64,000 nt of DNA. It comes from Lama guanicoe (lineage: Eukaryota). Shown here in pieces: positions 1 through 13,300 of this stretch (its first letter is position 1; each line of letters starts with the position of its first letter). Under the pieces are notes generated by a model. It was not told where the DNA came from, did not search any database, and saw only the letters and a program-made list of their open reading frames with translations. The stretch lies in the NCBI GenBank assembly GCA_013239625.1, contig MU053810.1, forward strand, positions 682,001 to 746,000, written 5' to 3'. Position numbers and translations under genes: made by a program.

Positions 1-3000
1 GTCAACATAAGTTACTATTATTGTTAGAGTATTTACTAGAACTTGCTTCTCATTGACTTTTGTTCATTTGTTCATTGGCTCTAGTGGAAATGTTTCTTCT
101 GATGCTTTCCTGTTATTTCAAGAGAAAATGTTTAAGAATAATAGGAACTTAATAACTGAATCATTGTTAGAAGCAATAGGTTTACATTTTTGCCTCTAAG
201 GAAAAAAATAATAAATGATATATGTATTTTTGGAAAGTTTTCATTTTGTGGAGAGATCAGACTAAATTGAGTATCTAATTCTCAGGAGTTGTGTTTAAAT
301 GAAAAATTTCAAGTTTTTTTTGGTAATTACGATAGTTTTGAATTGGAAGGCTCATTAGTGATTATGTTGCTAGTAATTCAAGCAGCTTACTCAGTTGCAT
401 AGTGCTTTTAGAGAATGTAATACTCCAAGTTACACTAAATTTACACCACCTACATCAACTGTGTATTTTAGGACCACAACAGGTCATAGACTGTGGACTT
501 CAGGAATCTGGAGGAGATCCATCTCTGTTTATTCAGCAGTGAATAATTAGAGGATTTTGTTGTCTGTTACGATGATTACATACAACATAGCTAAGATAGA
601 TTCTTTCCCCAAAGGATAAGGATCCTGAGGGATTTCACTAAAGGTTTCTTAAGCAAAATTTTGATTTGGTTCATCCATTGGTCTCCTATTGGTAAAATTT
701 CTCAGTGAACAAAATCACTACTTTTCTTTTTTCTTTTATATTGGTTTTTATCTCCTGTCAGCAGCATTAATTAATGTGAGCATTTGGTTTTTCATTTTAG
801 TGGGGCAAAGGAGGTGAAATGTGCTAATGTAGTGAGTAAGTAATTCAGAAATTGAGAAAATCATAGATGAATTATTTTTACTATATAAAATTATATATGG
901 CATTATGAGGTGCACCATTATTTCATGTACAACTGAGAAAAAAAATATTGCCAGTTATTTTTAAGGCTTTGATTTCAAGACACATTCTGCTTTGAAACTC
1001 AAATATTTTAATATCTTGGACCAGTTTTTTTTAACTGATGCTTTTCTTGACCTATACAATGGAATGTTTACTTTCATAGTTTTCTTTTCAACTATTTATT
1101 TGAACGAAGAAACATGCAGTAACAATTATCTGGACTTTTAGCATAAAATGAACCAAATTTAGCAAAAATAAAAGGCATTATTAATGAAAAGAAATTAGGC
1201 AGCGATAGTTAAGTAGTTTACTTATAAAAGAGAATTTTGCCTCCCTGTAACCCCATTCCATCCCACTTCACCATCCCCACCCCCCAAATGCTCCTCAGGA
1301 ACTATACACTTTTACCTGGTCTTATGCCAGTTATATCCTTTATAACTGGATTTATCTGCGTAGCTCACAGCTACAAATTAGAAGTAGTTGGAATCTGCTA
1401 GAATCAGTCTTGAAAGTAGTAGGAAGTAAAACTTTATGGTTTGAGAGGACAGGAGAAAAATAAAGATGCAAATTCTTGAAATGCGTAGCCTCTTGGAGCC
1501 ATGAGAAAGAGACCACATAGTCTTACATACCTGAAATATGTAAGTATAAAAATTTAGGTTTCTTGCAGTCAGCCTGAGTGATCAAGAAAGGTTAAATTAA
1601 GTTGTAAAACTAACTTACTCATTCATCAAGGATCTATAGTATGTTGTGATTAGTGCTGGAAATGCAGAGGTGCACAAGACAGAGTCAGCTCTTGTACTCA
1701 CATAGCTTATGGTTTGGAGAGGGAGAAGAGCAGGATTTAAGTGCGGTTACCAAGAAGAATTCCAGCATTATTTATAGAGTATATAACAAGTGGAACTGAT
1801 TGAATCAGTCTCAGGAGCCAGAGAAGGCTGCTTGGAACAAGGGTCATTTAATCTGAGTCCTGAGAAAGGGCTGAGCTAGGCTAGGGGTGGATGAGGAAAG
1901 GGAAGGTAAAGGGCGTTTCTGGCAGAGGCAGCCGTGTGTGCGAAGAGCCAGAGACGGGAAGGGCCACGCATCAGACTACTGCAGAAACCTCCTCCTTGGC
2001 TTCCGTGGGCATTGTCGTCTAGACTCGGCTGCGGGAAGGAGGCCGCGTGTACTCCTCATCCCCAGCGCTTAGTGCGGTGCCTGACACGTAGAGGCTGATA
2101 AACTGATGCGACATGATGTTTGATGCCCTTCCTTACCTAGCTCCCTTTCAGCTTCTTCAGCCTTCACTGTAGCCACTCTCCTTGCAAAATCCTGATGTGT
2201 AATGATTTCTTGAATACCCTTTGCTCTCTGCTTTCAAGCCTCTGCTTTCTGCTCCATCTGGGACATCCTGTATTTTCCCACTGAAAATCTCTGGCTTAGC
2301 CTTGAGCTCTTAACATAAGAATTACCTTCCCTGAACAACCATCCTTATTTACATATGTACAACCTGATACAGATGGGTGCTTTTCTATAGACTTTCAACA
2401 TAATGTCTTCATAATATGAAGAATTAAGCACATTGCATTAGGCTTATTAGGTACAGCTCGAAGTTGGTTTGCTGCCTGCATCCCCATGAAACTGTAAAAA
2501 CTATGGGCTGTTTAAAAGAGGACTAGAGCTCTTAATTTTGAATGTCTCCGACACCAAGTATTGTATTGATACATAGTAAATGCTTGAAAATCCTTGATGA
2601 ATTAACATTGGTCATTAGCAAATTAAAAATTTTGTTTAAAAAAATAAGTAATGCGTTCATAGGACTCAGAACCCTGAAATGTTAAGCACTATGCTGGAAA
2701 ATAGCCTTCCTGTCCTTGTCTCTCCATCTACCTAATTCCTGCTCCTCCCAACAGAAGCCACTGTCTTGATTCTTGCATATCCTTCCAAAGTTTCTTTTGC
2801 AGGTATAAGAATATGCAGTTAGAGATCTTGTATTTTCTGTTTTTTACACAAAGGGCAACTTATATCTATTGTTCTGAACTTTACTGTTTTCATGTAGCAG
2901 CATATCTCAGACATCTTTTCATATCAATACGTAAAGATTTCCCTTGTTCTTTTGTTTTAAATCTGCAGTGTTTCTTTTTATGAGTGTACTATATTTAACC

Positions 3001-3107
3001 ACCTTGGACGTTCCTGTTTTTGCCATTGTAAACAGTTCTGTATTTTTACTTCCCCTTTCTTCTTTCTCCTCTTCATTGTGTTAGCTAGTGGTTTATTCAT
3101 TTTAGTT

Positions 3108-3110
<3 letters not shown>

Positions 3111-3143
<33 letters not shown>
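3111..3143. repeat. (CA)n microsatellite
   Basis: Uninterrupted CA run. Confidence 0.95.
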
Positions 3144-3145
<2 letters not shown>

Positions 3146-3914
3146 AGGCCCAGCTTCTAGATTACTTATGTATTCTACTGTTTTCTTATTCATTATTTTG
3201 ACTTTTATCGTTATTTTCTTCTTACCTTTATTTTGTTCTTCTTTTCTTTTATTCCTTTGTCTCTTTTGAGGGGCATTTAATGTATCCTCTGACCTTGGTT
3301 TTCGCTGTCTCTCTTAGTTCTGACATGTAGTGATTTCTCTTTTTATGTTTTCTAGAAATTCTTCAATTTTAATTTATTTTTCCATTGTTACCTAAGGAGA
3401 TGTTTGAGAGAGGCTCGAAATTTCCAGGTAGTGGGACTTTTGTTTTCCAGCTTGGTTATTAATAATTCATATTTTTCTTGCACTGTGACTAGAGAATAAT
3501 GTTAGTTTTAGTTTTTGGATAATTTTGAAATTTTTCTTGTGGCCTATTGTATAGTTTTCATGAACATTCCACAAACGTTTTTGAAAGAGGGGTGCCTCCC
3601 TTTTTGTGTGGCATTTCCTCCCCTCCTTATCCCTCCAAAGGCCATGAATCCTAGGGAGTGTCGTTGTTCTTCTCTCTGGCCAGGATTCCCTACTTGTCCG
3701 TTTAGCCCATCCAGCCTGGGTGACCAGAAAAACCAGAATGAATTATCTGATAGTCACCTGAGTGCCCTATGACTGTGAGGCCCCGAAGGTTTCATATATA
3801 TGTATTTGTGGTAGAGAATTTAGCTGTCTTACCTAATCTGTATAGTTTGGTTTAGGAAATGCCAAACTAGGTAACTTTTTAAGGTTCTTTACAGTTCTTA
3901 TCTTTAAAATAAAG

Positions 3915-4895
3915 TTTTGTTGGGATATAATTCACAAAACCATACAGCTCACCCATTTGAAGTGTACAGTTTAGTGTTCTAAGTATGTGCAACTATCACA
4001 ACAATAAAATTTTCTAAAACATTTCCTTCCTCTTAGAAGTAATCTTATATCCATTAGCAGGCAATTCCATTCCCTCCCTGCCCACTCTCTTGTCCTGAGA
4101 AACCAGTAATTTACTTTTAATCTCTGTGGATTTATTCTGGGTATTTCCTGTAAGTAAAGTTATAAAATATGTGGCCTTCTCTCACTTAGTATGTTTTCAA
4201 GATTCATCCATGTTGTAGCATGTGTTAAAATGTCCTTCCTTTTTAAGGCTGAATAATATTTCACGGTATAGATATACCACATTTTGTTTACCCATTTGTC
4301 ATTTGATGGACACTTGGGTTGTTTCTACTTTTTAACTATTATGAATAATTCTGGTGTGACTCTTTGTGTGTAAGTTTCTTGACATGTTTTCAGTTCTCTT
4401 GAGTGTATACCTAGGAGTGGAACTGCTGTGTCATATGGTAACTATGTTGAATGTTTTTAGTAACTGCTAAACCGTTAGTACACCGTTATTCACAGTGCCT
4501 GCACCATTTTACATTCCCAACAGCAATGTATGAACGTTCTAGTTTCTCCATATCCTCACTAACACTTGTCACTGTCCCTTTTTGATCGTAGCTGTCCTAG
4601 TGACTGTGAAGTGACATCTCTGTCTCATTGAGGGTTTGATTTGCATTTCCCTAATGGCTAATGATTTTGGGCATCTTTTCATGTGCTTATTGGCCATTTG
4701 TACGTCTTTGGAAAACTGCTCAAATCCCTTACCCCTTTTAAAGTTGTTATTTGTCTTTTTATTATTGAGTTGTGAGTTTTTTCTATATTCTTTGTACTGT
4801 CCCTTATCAGATACAATTTACAAATGTTTTCTTTTATTCTGTGAGTTGTCTTTCCATTTTCTTGGTATCATTTGCAGCACAAAAGTTTTTTAAAT
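3915..4895 (-). mobile_element. Old L1 (L1M-type) 3' fragment
   Basis: Typical antisense L1 text: gatataattcac...ttgaagtgtacag, ttcatccatgttgtagca, tttgcatttccctaatggctaatga. Confidence 0.85.
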
Positions 4896-7674
4896 TGATT
4901 TATTCCGTCTTTACAATTCTTAATGGCCTGATCTGATGCATTACTATAATTTTCCATTGTGTTCTTCCTTCATTAAATAAATAGTGGTTTAAAAAATCTC
5001 AGAAGACATGGTATCTCTTGGCCTATTAATTTGAAGGACTCCACAGAAATGAAATCTACTATAAATCCCCTTACTTATATATTTACATATCATTCTGTAG
5101 TTAATATGTAGTATAATTATCCACACATATAATTGAAATTTCACATGAAGTGCTTATATCTTGTACATGTGTGTACCCACCACCTAGATCAAAATATGGG
5201 GCATTCCCGGGACCTCTGAAGTCTCTCCCGCAGAAGAATCGGGGAAAGTACCTAAGAGTCTCTTAGTTCCTGGTTTTAGACAGACGAACCTGGTATTGGC
5301 TTTGTGACTCTGAAGCCGTATGGTTTTAGCCACATTTTAGCAGATGGTTGGATGTTCAGAATACTCTTCAGAGGTGGGTGCTTCACTTGAATCTTGACCA
5401 GCTTTTCCTGATCCAGCTCTTAGGAGCGTTTGCTGCAGTTTTTGTGAGGGACTCTCTAATTGGACCCCCTTCCCCTTGCTGAAAAATGAAAAAATGAATT
5501 TTGGGAAATCTGTTAGCATGGTATACCACCTGATGGCACTGTTGCATCGGGAACATCAACATTGTGAAAAAAGTCACCAGAGCATTTGGTTGCTTGTTTA
5601 GGGTAAATGGTCACGGTCTTTTGTTTTACTCTATTTTGTCTTTTTTGGATATCATCGGGTTTGTGTTTCTTATGAAGAAAAATCTTTGTATTCTTTAATT
5701 GAACAGTAACAATGTTCTTTCGCATTAATTTTTCCCTAGGCATTTTTGAGCACAGTGGTAATTATAATTAATGGTTTTCAACAGTCAACTTCTTTAGATT
5801 TTAAAAGAGAGAGAAAAAAGCCGGACATTTCTTTTAAAAAGCTGATTGATGACGAGATAAAAGCCTTTAAGATTCCTCTCTTCTCCCTCAGGAACAGAAG
5901 TGTGTGTCATTCTGCACTTTTGTCATTGTGGTTAGTGACGAGGTGTTTACTTGCTTGATGATCATTAACTGCTAGTAGAATACTTAAAATGTGTGATTGA
6001 GGAGACCGTGAAACTATAAGCAAGATTTTGTTATTCTTTTAGAAATGCATTCTTTTTAAATGGTTCACTCATTAACTGTCGGTCAAAATGATTATCACTC
6101 TCCCAGAAGGTTATAAAATTCAGTTTTCAAAGGAAGGATCTAAGTGTATTTTCTAGTTCACTTTTGGAAAAGTCAAATAAAATAACTAGCTTAAAATTTA
6201 ACAGAATTTGTTCTTTATGTTGATTGAAAGTGTTTTATAACTTTCATGTGATTGAGGTGGCATTTAGCACTCTGTCCCCTTTTGGGCTTACATTTGTAGG
6301 AAGCTAGAAAAGCACACTTAAGTGGACTAACATTGAAAAAACATGTACTTTCTTAACATTATTTACAACATAGGGGATCGTATTTTGTGAAGTAATGAAT
6401 GAATGGTCCCAGAACTTGAAGATTTATGTAGGGCAGGGTAACATGGAGTATCAGCTATCCATTTCATTATAAAAGATACAGTGGAAAAAAGGAATTTTAG
6501 GAAGTTGTCAGTTTAAAAAGGATTTGGTGAGTTTACAAGTAGAGGATTCTGAGAAAGTGCAGTATTTGACTTTACTTCCATGTGACCAGTTCCAAAAGAA
6601 ACAAAAACCAGAATTACAACTACCTAGAAAGGCTTAATTAAAAGAGTTAAGATCTTTTAGGGAACCCGTAAACTAATTTTTAAATTCCTATTGAAGCTGA
6701 AAGCACTGACCTGTGTCCATGGATAGCATAGGCTGCTTTACTTTAAAATGGATGGCTCTACCTACCTTTCTTTTGGGGCTGGAAAAAGCTTTGAAGTAGA
6801 TTGATGTAATTGGAAGAAGAAGAAAAAAATGAAGCAAGGTATAGGTGACTTGCCTGGGAAAGAAAAAAAAAAGGAAATGACATAGTTTGGTTAAATTTTT
6901 TTGATACTGCTTGTTATAATCTCAAATTTTATTGAAAGACACAACCAAGTTTAAAATTAATTTTATGAACTCAAGAGCTAGTTCTTTAAAAAAAAAATCC
7001 AAGTAGAGAACTATTTAGAAAATTTTTTTAAAAAGTATCAAAAAAAGTTTAATAATGAGCCAGACAGTGTTCTAGAAATATTTAAAAACCACTTGAGAAC
7101 CTTAAGATAAGTTTTTGGAAAAGTATGTATTTTCAAAATTGATTCATGACAAAGTTAAATAGGCCAGTGATCACTGAATGAAATGTAGAAAGTTTTAGAC
7201 TAATTTCTCTGCAGTATCATTTTTTCCAGAGCATAGGTAAGAAACCTTGCCATTTTATAACATGAAGAAATAGGTAAAATCTTAACAAAAAAAGAGCAAG
7301 GAAGTTACAAGTATGGCCCCATCTCATTTTTAAATGCTGATACAAGAATTCTAAGTAAAACACTAGCAAATTATATTAAATAGTATATTAAAAATTAAAA
7401 TCCGGTGTAATCAAAGAGCATTGATTTTGGGAGTGAAAAGATACTTATTAATATATATAACATCAGTAGGGAAAATAAGAAACTGATTTTCCCATTAATT
7501 GCATAAAAGATAATTATTGATAAACTAGCTCTTGTTCAATAAAATACAAAACTTGAATCAAATTTAATATTCTTATAAAAATAGGATGATACTTCCTCAT
7601 TATGATGAAGAGTATTTTAGACTAAAAGCTAACACTATAGTTAATTGTGAGATAACCAGAGATACCCATTTATA

Positions 7675-8100
7675 TAACAAATATCTGTCTAGCACCTGCT
7701 GTGTTCCAGGCGCTGTTTTTAGTGTTGGCAAACTGTTTCCCATGGAGTTTATGTTCTGATGGGGAAGGGTGACAAACAAGATAGCAACAAATGTAACAAG
7801 TAAATCATATGTTACAAGATGATAAATTCTATTTTTTTTAAAAATAGCGTAGGGTAGGGGGTTTGGGGGTGGGGTCGATTTACAGTTTCAGTGCCCTGTT
7901 CGGAAAGCATCTCAGCGAGGGGATGTCATTGGAACTAAGACTTGACCTTCATGAGGGAGTAAGGGGCGTGGATATTTGGGAAGGTGTACTCCAGTGAATG
8001 AGGACAGCTTGTGCCTGAGGCTCTGAGGAGGATTAGGGGGAAACCGGTGAGGGTGCAGCTGTGAGCAGGGGAGAATAGTAGGAGATGAGGTCAGGCTGAG
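7675..8100 (-). mobile_element. L2 fragment
   Basis: caaatatctgtctagcacctgctgtgttccaggc...catggagtttatgttct...ggagatgaggtcag. Confidence 0.65.
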
Positions 8101-8922
8101 CCTCCTGACTCCCAGCGCATTGCCCTTTGTTATCCCATGACCTCCACTCTTTTGAGAATTAAGTCTTCTGACCTGTGGTTGTGGTAGTGTGGGAGAGATG
8201 GAACCTAGGGTTAGGGTTAAAGTCCTGTATTTGTAATTGATCATGAACTGAAAAAAAAAAATTGTTGCTAAAGTGGTTATGAAAAACCTAGTGTTCTAGC
8301 TAAAATATAATAGTACTATATTAAAATACAATATTCTAACTAAAGTTTGAAAAATTTAGAAAGTAATTTGATATTAGTATGAATCTATAGATTATGCTAG
8401 AAAATTAAGTGTGCAGTTGCCCTAGGCTTGCTTTTCTTTTTTCTTTCTTTTCTTTTTTTTTCTTTTCTCTTCTTTTTTTTTTTCACTAGCAGACGGTAAG
8501 AAAATTATTATGTATGTGTGAGATTACAGGATACCTAATTTTTGTAATATCATCAAGGAGTAGTGTGACCCACGTGTGCATTTTCTGTGTAACAGGAGCT
8601 TAGCCTTCAATTGATAAAACTTTAAGATAATTTAAGAAAACATTTACAATAAAACTTAACATTAAATGTTTTGATTCAGTTCATTACATAATAGAGTGTA
8701 CTTTTCTATAAAGAAGAATATAATGCATTTAAAATTTATCGAGGTACTACTGCAGAACCACTACATTGTTGACTTCTCTCAGTATCTATACCTTTATTTC
8801 TAAAATGCTGATTATATTATCTACCTGATAGGGTGGATATTAGGCTCAGCAAGATAAATAATGTGTATTAGATACCTAGAATGGGGCTTGGCACATTGGT
8901 CAGAACAAAATAAATGACAATA

Positions 8923-9007
8923 TTTTTTTAGTGGAGTCACTGGGGATTGAACCCAGGACCTCATGCATGCTCACCATGCACTCTACCACTGAGCTATATC
9001 CGCCCCC
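8923..9007 (-). mobile_element. tRNA-derived SINE (camelid Vic-1-like)
   Basis: Reverse complement shows A box TAGCTCAGTGG, B box GGTTCAATCCC and an A-rich tail. Confidence 0.85.
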
Positions 9008-10228
9008 GAAAATAATTTTTTAAAAGAAATTGTAGTGGCCAAAGAGGAGTACAAAGTTTTGGAGGCCCTTCTGCATGAATTTGAGCATTTTTCTCTTTTT
9101 GACTTCACCTTTGAAGTTTATCTCCGTTCCTTCTTCCTTCACTTCTCCCAGCTAAGGCTGCGTCTGTCCACACTGGGAGTTTTTCGGATCTAATTCTAAG
9201 CCTTTCATGGTATGCAGAGTTTGCTCTGATGATCCAGCCATTTTCATGTCCTGTTCTATAGTACTGTGGTATATTCAGGGAAGTTTAAGACATATATAGT
9301 TATTTGTAGCTGTTCTAAATGGCTTCAGGTTGTAGTATTTGAGCTCTTGTTTTGAATTTGTCTAGTTTTCCCCTTGCCTTCCTTCCTGTCAGCTCCCGTT
9401 ACTTCCTGCTGTCAGTGCAGCTGCGTGTTAGTTCCTCATGGCTTCTCATCCTCAGAGTCTTATCTGCTGAGTGTTGAGTTACTGGATAATCAGGTTTCAT
9501 AAAATAACGTCCCTGGCAGGAATGGAATATAAATTCTAGCTTGTGTGTTGATTCTGACTGGTTGTGGCTGCCTGGAGTGGTGGATTCTGGAGCTGTATCC
9601 AATTTTGATGAGAAAGTGCTCTGAAGAGGGAAGGGGGTGGCAGTGTTAGTGACCACATATTTGCATTAATTGAGTGAAGAGTAAACAGGCCCTGTGTGAG
9701 AATCCGGGTGGCTTCTGTAATGGGTAAAATAAGGTGGTGGGTTTTGTGATTTTTTTGTGCATGTGTGGTTGTGACTCTTTAGATGCCTTTTTGGTTATGG
9801 TACCTTTTTACTTTGCATCGAGGTTTCCAAATAACTTACCCATGGATAAATGAAAGAAATGATTTAAAAGAAATCTGTACTATTTACGTTACCTTTAGGT
9901 TTGTTTACTCAGTGATTCTGTGATTAAAAATTTAAACCATGCTTTCTTCTCTTGGTATTTTATATTTTATCAAAATTGCGTGCTCGATGAGAATTGCAGG
10001 TGTGCGATAAATGCACTGAATGGAAAAGACCAGGTTGTTAAGAAACTCTCCCAAGGCAAGTTGAATTTCCAAATGCTTCATTACGGTGGCAATAAATAGG
10101 CATGTCTGTATGATTATTAGTTGTTATAATCATCTAATGTGTGAATATATCTGAGAAAGTTTAAACTTTAAAATGAGTTATTTCTGGTGTGCCCTTCCTT
10201 TTACACGTATCACATATAACTTTTGCAG

Positions 10229-10337
10229 GTTGGATTTGCTCCCATTTTATGCAAGATTGGTTGCTACATTGCATCCCTGCATGTCTGATGTAGCAGAGGA
10301 TCTTTGTTCCATGCTGAGGGGGGATTTCAGATTTCAT
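10229..10337 (+). CDS. UPF2: UPF2 exon a (MIF4G-2): (R)LDLLPFYARLVATLHPCMSDVAEDLCSMLRGDFRFH
   Basis: Acceptor ttttgcag, donor gtatgt; 109 nt = 1 nt + 36 codons. Confidence 0.96.
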
Positions 10338-13300
10338 GTATGTATTTAAGCATTTCTTTTGTAATATATATATATATATATACCTATAAGTTGAGTGAAA
10401 ATTCTTTAAGAATATGATTGTTTTATTGGTAAGCATGTTTTGAAACTTGATGGTGTATAACAGTACAGAATGTATAGGCTTCTAAGTTTTTAAAATGTAA
10501 ATCTGCTCAACAGCTTGAAATTGATAAATGATATTCCAGTTTGGAGGTGAGCTGTGGCTGCTACCTTGTCTTCCCATTGTAGATACCGCATGTTTTGCTT
10601 TTGTAAGGTAAAAACTATCCTCCAAGATCAAGAGAGCCAGCAGGCCTCATTGGTGTTCCCAGAAGAAACATAGGATTGTCTGTGTTGAGTCAGGCCACAG
10701 TGCCTGTAGGATGCCCGTTTAGGTGTCGGGGGTCCAAATGTTTGGGGCACATAAGTTGCATAAATGCTCTGACCTCAGTGAATGCTGTCATAGACCATGT
10801 TTTTATTGACTCTTGCCTTAAGAATCTTTGCCTTGGATAGTGGTGAGTTTCTTACAGGGTATCCTGGTAAGTACCAGGGACCTGTTACCAGACAGCTTCC
10901 CTCTCTAGTCTGAGGAGTCTTAACAGACTGCCTACTAGTGGTTCCGGCAAACCCACGTTTCCCATCGTCTTGTGGATGCAGGCTCGGTAGGAGTAAAACG
11001 ACACCTTAGAGGTCACGTTAGAAAGTGAACATGGGTAGACTTGGGAAAGACATGAAATGCAAGTGTTCGTGTATGCCCGTGGAAAAATTGTGCTGATAAA
11101 ATTTAGCTTAAAAAATTTAGCTTTATAGCAAGTTGCTTGGAATGCAAATAAATGTTTGCTGTGCTCAGCACACACTTTGTTGCACCCACTGCACACAGAT
11201 CAGTAGTGTTGCTGAGCACTCAGAGCAGACCTCACTCCTGAGGTCAGGAATGTCACAGTGTAATTGGGAAGGTAAAGCATAAATACTCACAAAAGCAAGA
11301 GTGAAATAAAAATTTAAATTCTAAATATATCTGGTATAATAAGGAATTACGTGCTTAATTGCCAAGTGAATTGTTGGAGACTTAGTGCCTTGAGTCCAGA
11401 GGAAGCAAAGGTCTCTGTGAGGAGCGGAATGAACTCTAAAGGCTTCTTGCCGTAGGCGTTAAATTGTCAGTATGAGCTTTGTGGGTGAGATTTTTCTGCG
11501 CCAGCTTTTGCTGAAGTGTGTTTCACATTTTCATAGATAATATTAAGTGAGGATAGGTTTTTATGTCAAAGTAAGTTTGGAAACACTGAGATAAAGAAAG
11601 TGAAACAGTCTTGCTTTTGTTTTATTTTAAGAGTTCTCAAAACTTTAATAGGGTAATGAGCGCTGTGCGCCTCCTGGAAGGGGCTGAATGTAGTCAGTCA
11701 GAGGACGCACTTCGATAAATGCTAGTTCAGGTACAGAGGCCTTAAAAATCATGATATTGTTGATTTTTTAATCCCACGACACAGACAGAGACAGTCTGTT
11801 TCACTAGCAGGCGGTACGACTGTATTGTTTGAGTTACATGCATACAGCCCTCAACCAAAGCCACAAACAGCACATAAGTCGCCAGACCAAGCATAATGAG
11901 TGCTTTTGACGAGAAACCTAGAATTAAGAAAATTCTGTTCATGTGTACTTCCCCCTCCTGTCTTTGAAGGTTGGGGTGAGAGTTAAGGGAGGTGGCATTT
12001 TTGTTACTATTGTAAGGTTTCGTTACAACTAGCTAACACTAGGTTTCCAGAGTTTACTTTGGGAAGCGCTGCTCTTGGGAGGGAAGAAAGGGCACTTGAG
12101 GTCCTTGATCACCTCTGCTTCCTCCAGCATCTGCCCTTTCCCACCCTCCGCTTCCCTTTCCCCATCCTCTTTCATTTCCTTCTTGTTTGAGTGTTGTAAG
12201 GTGTGCTTGCCTCCTCCGCTCTGACACGTCCTCCCATCACAGCACCCTGGCGGAAGCCACCAGTGTCCTCCCAGTCGCCTCTTCTTAGTTGATGTCCCTG
12301 CAGATTCTGAACTGCTGGATGCTTCCCGCCTTTTAGGAAACCATCATCCTGTCTCCACCACAGGCCAGCTTTGTAACTTTGGCCATTACTTAAAAGCTCT
12401 AAACCTGTTTCTTGTCTATTAAATGGGATAATTTGTATCTTTTAAAATAGGATTGTTCTTACTGATGAAACAAGGTAATGCATATAAAGCTCATCACCCA
12501 GCACCCAGACATAGATGTCATTATAATAATTGTCCCTTCTCAACCACCACGCTTTCCTGGTTCTCATTTATGACCACTGTCCTCAGGAACATCCTTCTCT
12601 CTCTTTTCCAGCTGAGTTTATGTATTGCTGTTCCTCCCCCAGACTTTCTTCCTTCATCCTCCTCTTTGATGGAACACAGTTTACCTGGGGCTCAGTTCAC
12701 AGCTGTTTCCCAGCAACCTCACATACACACCTGTTGCCAGAATGAATCTCCTGGTGCTTCGTTAAGTTCTCATGTACTTCTTGCTAAATAAGTCCATAAA
12801 ACAAACTCATTATTTTCTCTCAAAAATCTCTTTTTCCTTTTCTTCCTCATACCAACTTCTATATGCTTCCTGTAAATTTACAATATATTTTATCTAATTA
12901 CTTTACTTTTGCTCCTCTGACATCCACGAGCCTGTGTTCACCACGTTCCATTGCTGTGTCTCCTGAAACACCTCCTCAAGCCTGGCGTCTCTTCTTTACA
13001 CCCAGCGCCACTGTCTTTCACTCTCCGTAGCTTGAATTACAGAATAGCTTTTTAACCAGGCTTCTCCACCTCTGCCTTCTATCAGAGGTAGAGATGTACT
13101 GTCACAGTCTGATCCTGTTTGCCCCTTGCTTGAGAACCTCACCTGAAAAAGCAAGTTGGTTAACAAAACTGTATGAAATCTCAGCTAGTAGTCAGAGGAA
13201 TCCTAGTTCAAACAATGGATTTGCTAACTTGACTAACAGGTTAGTAAATGTACTAGAAATGAGAGACCATTCACATGTACTTGGGGTTGGAATTTGGAGA

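Noticed and set aside
5337..5958. Overlapping ORFs in non-repetitive-looking intronic sequence, considered as a processed pseudogene
   Set aside because: No recognisable protein similarity, poly(A) tail or TSD.
1..8400. Upstream UPF2 exon (…KKLVRALFIVPRQ)
   Set aside because: Not found by eye; presumably upstream of the window.
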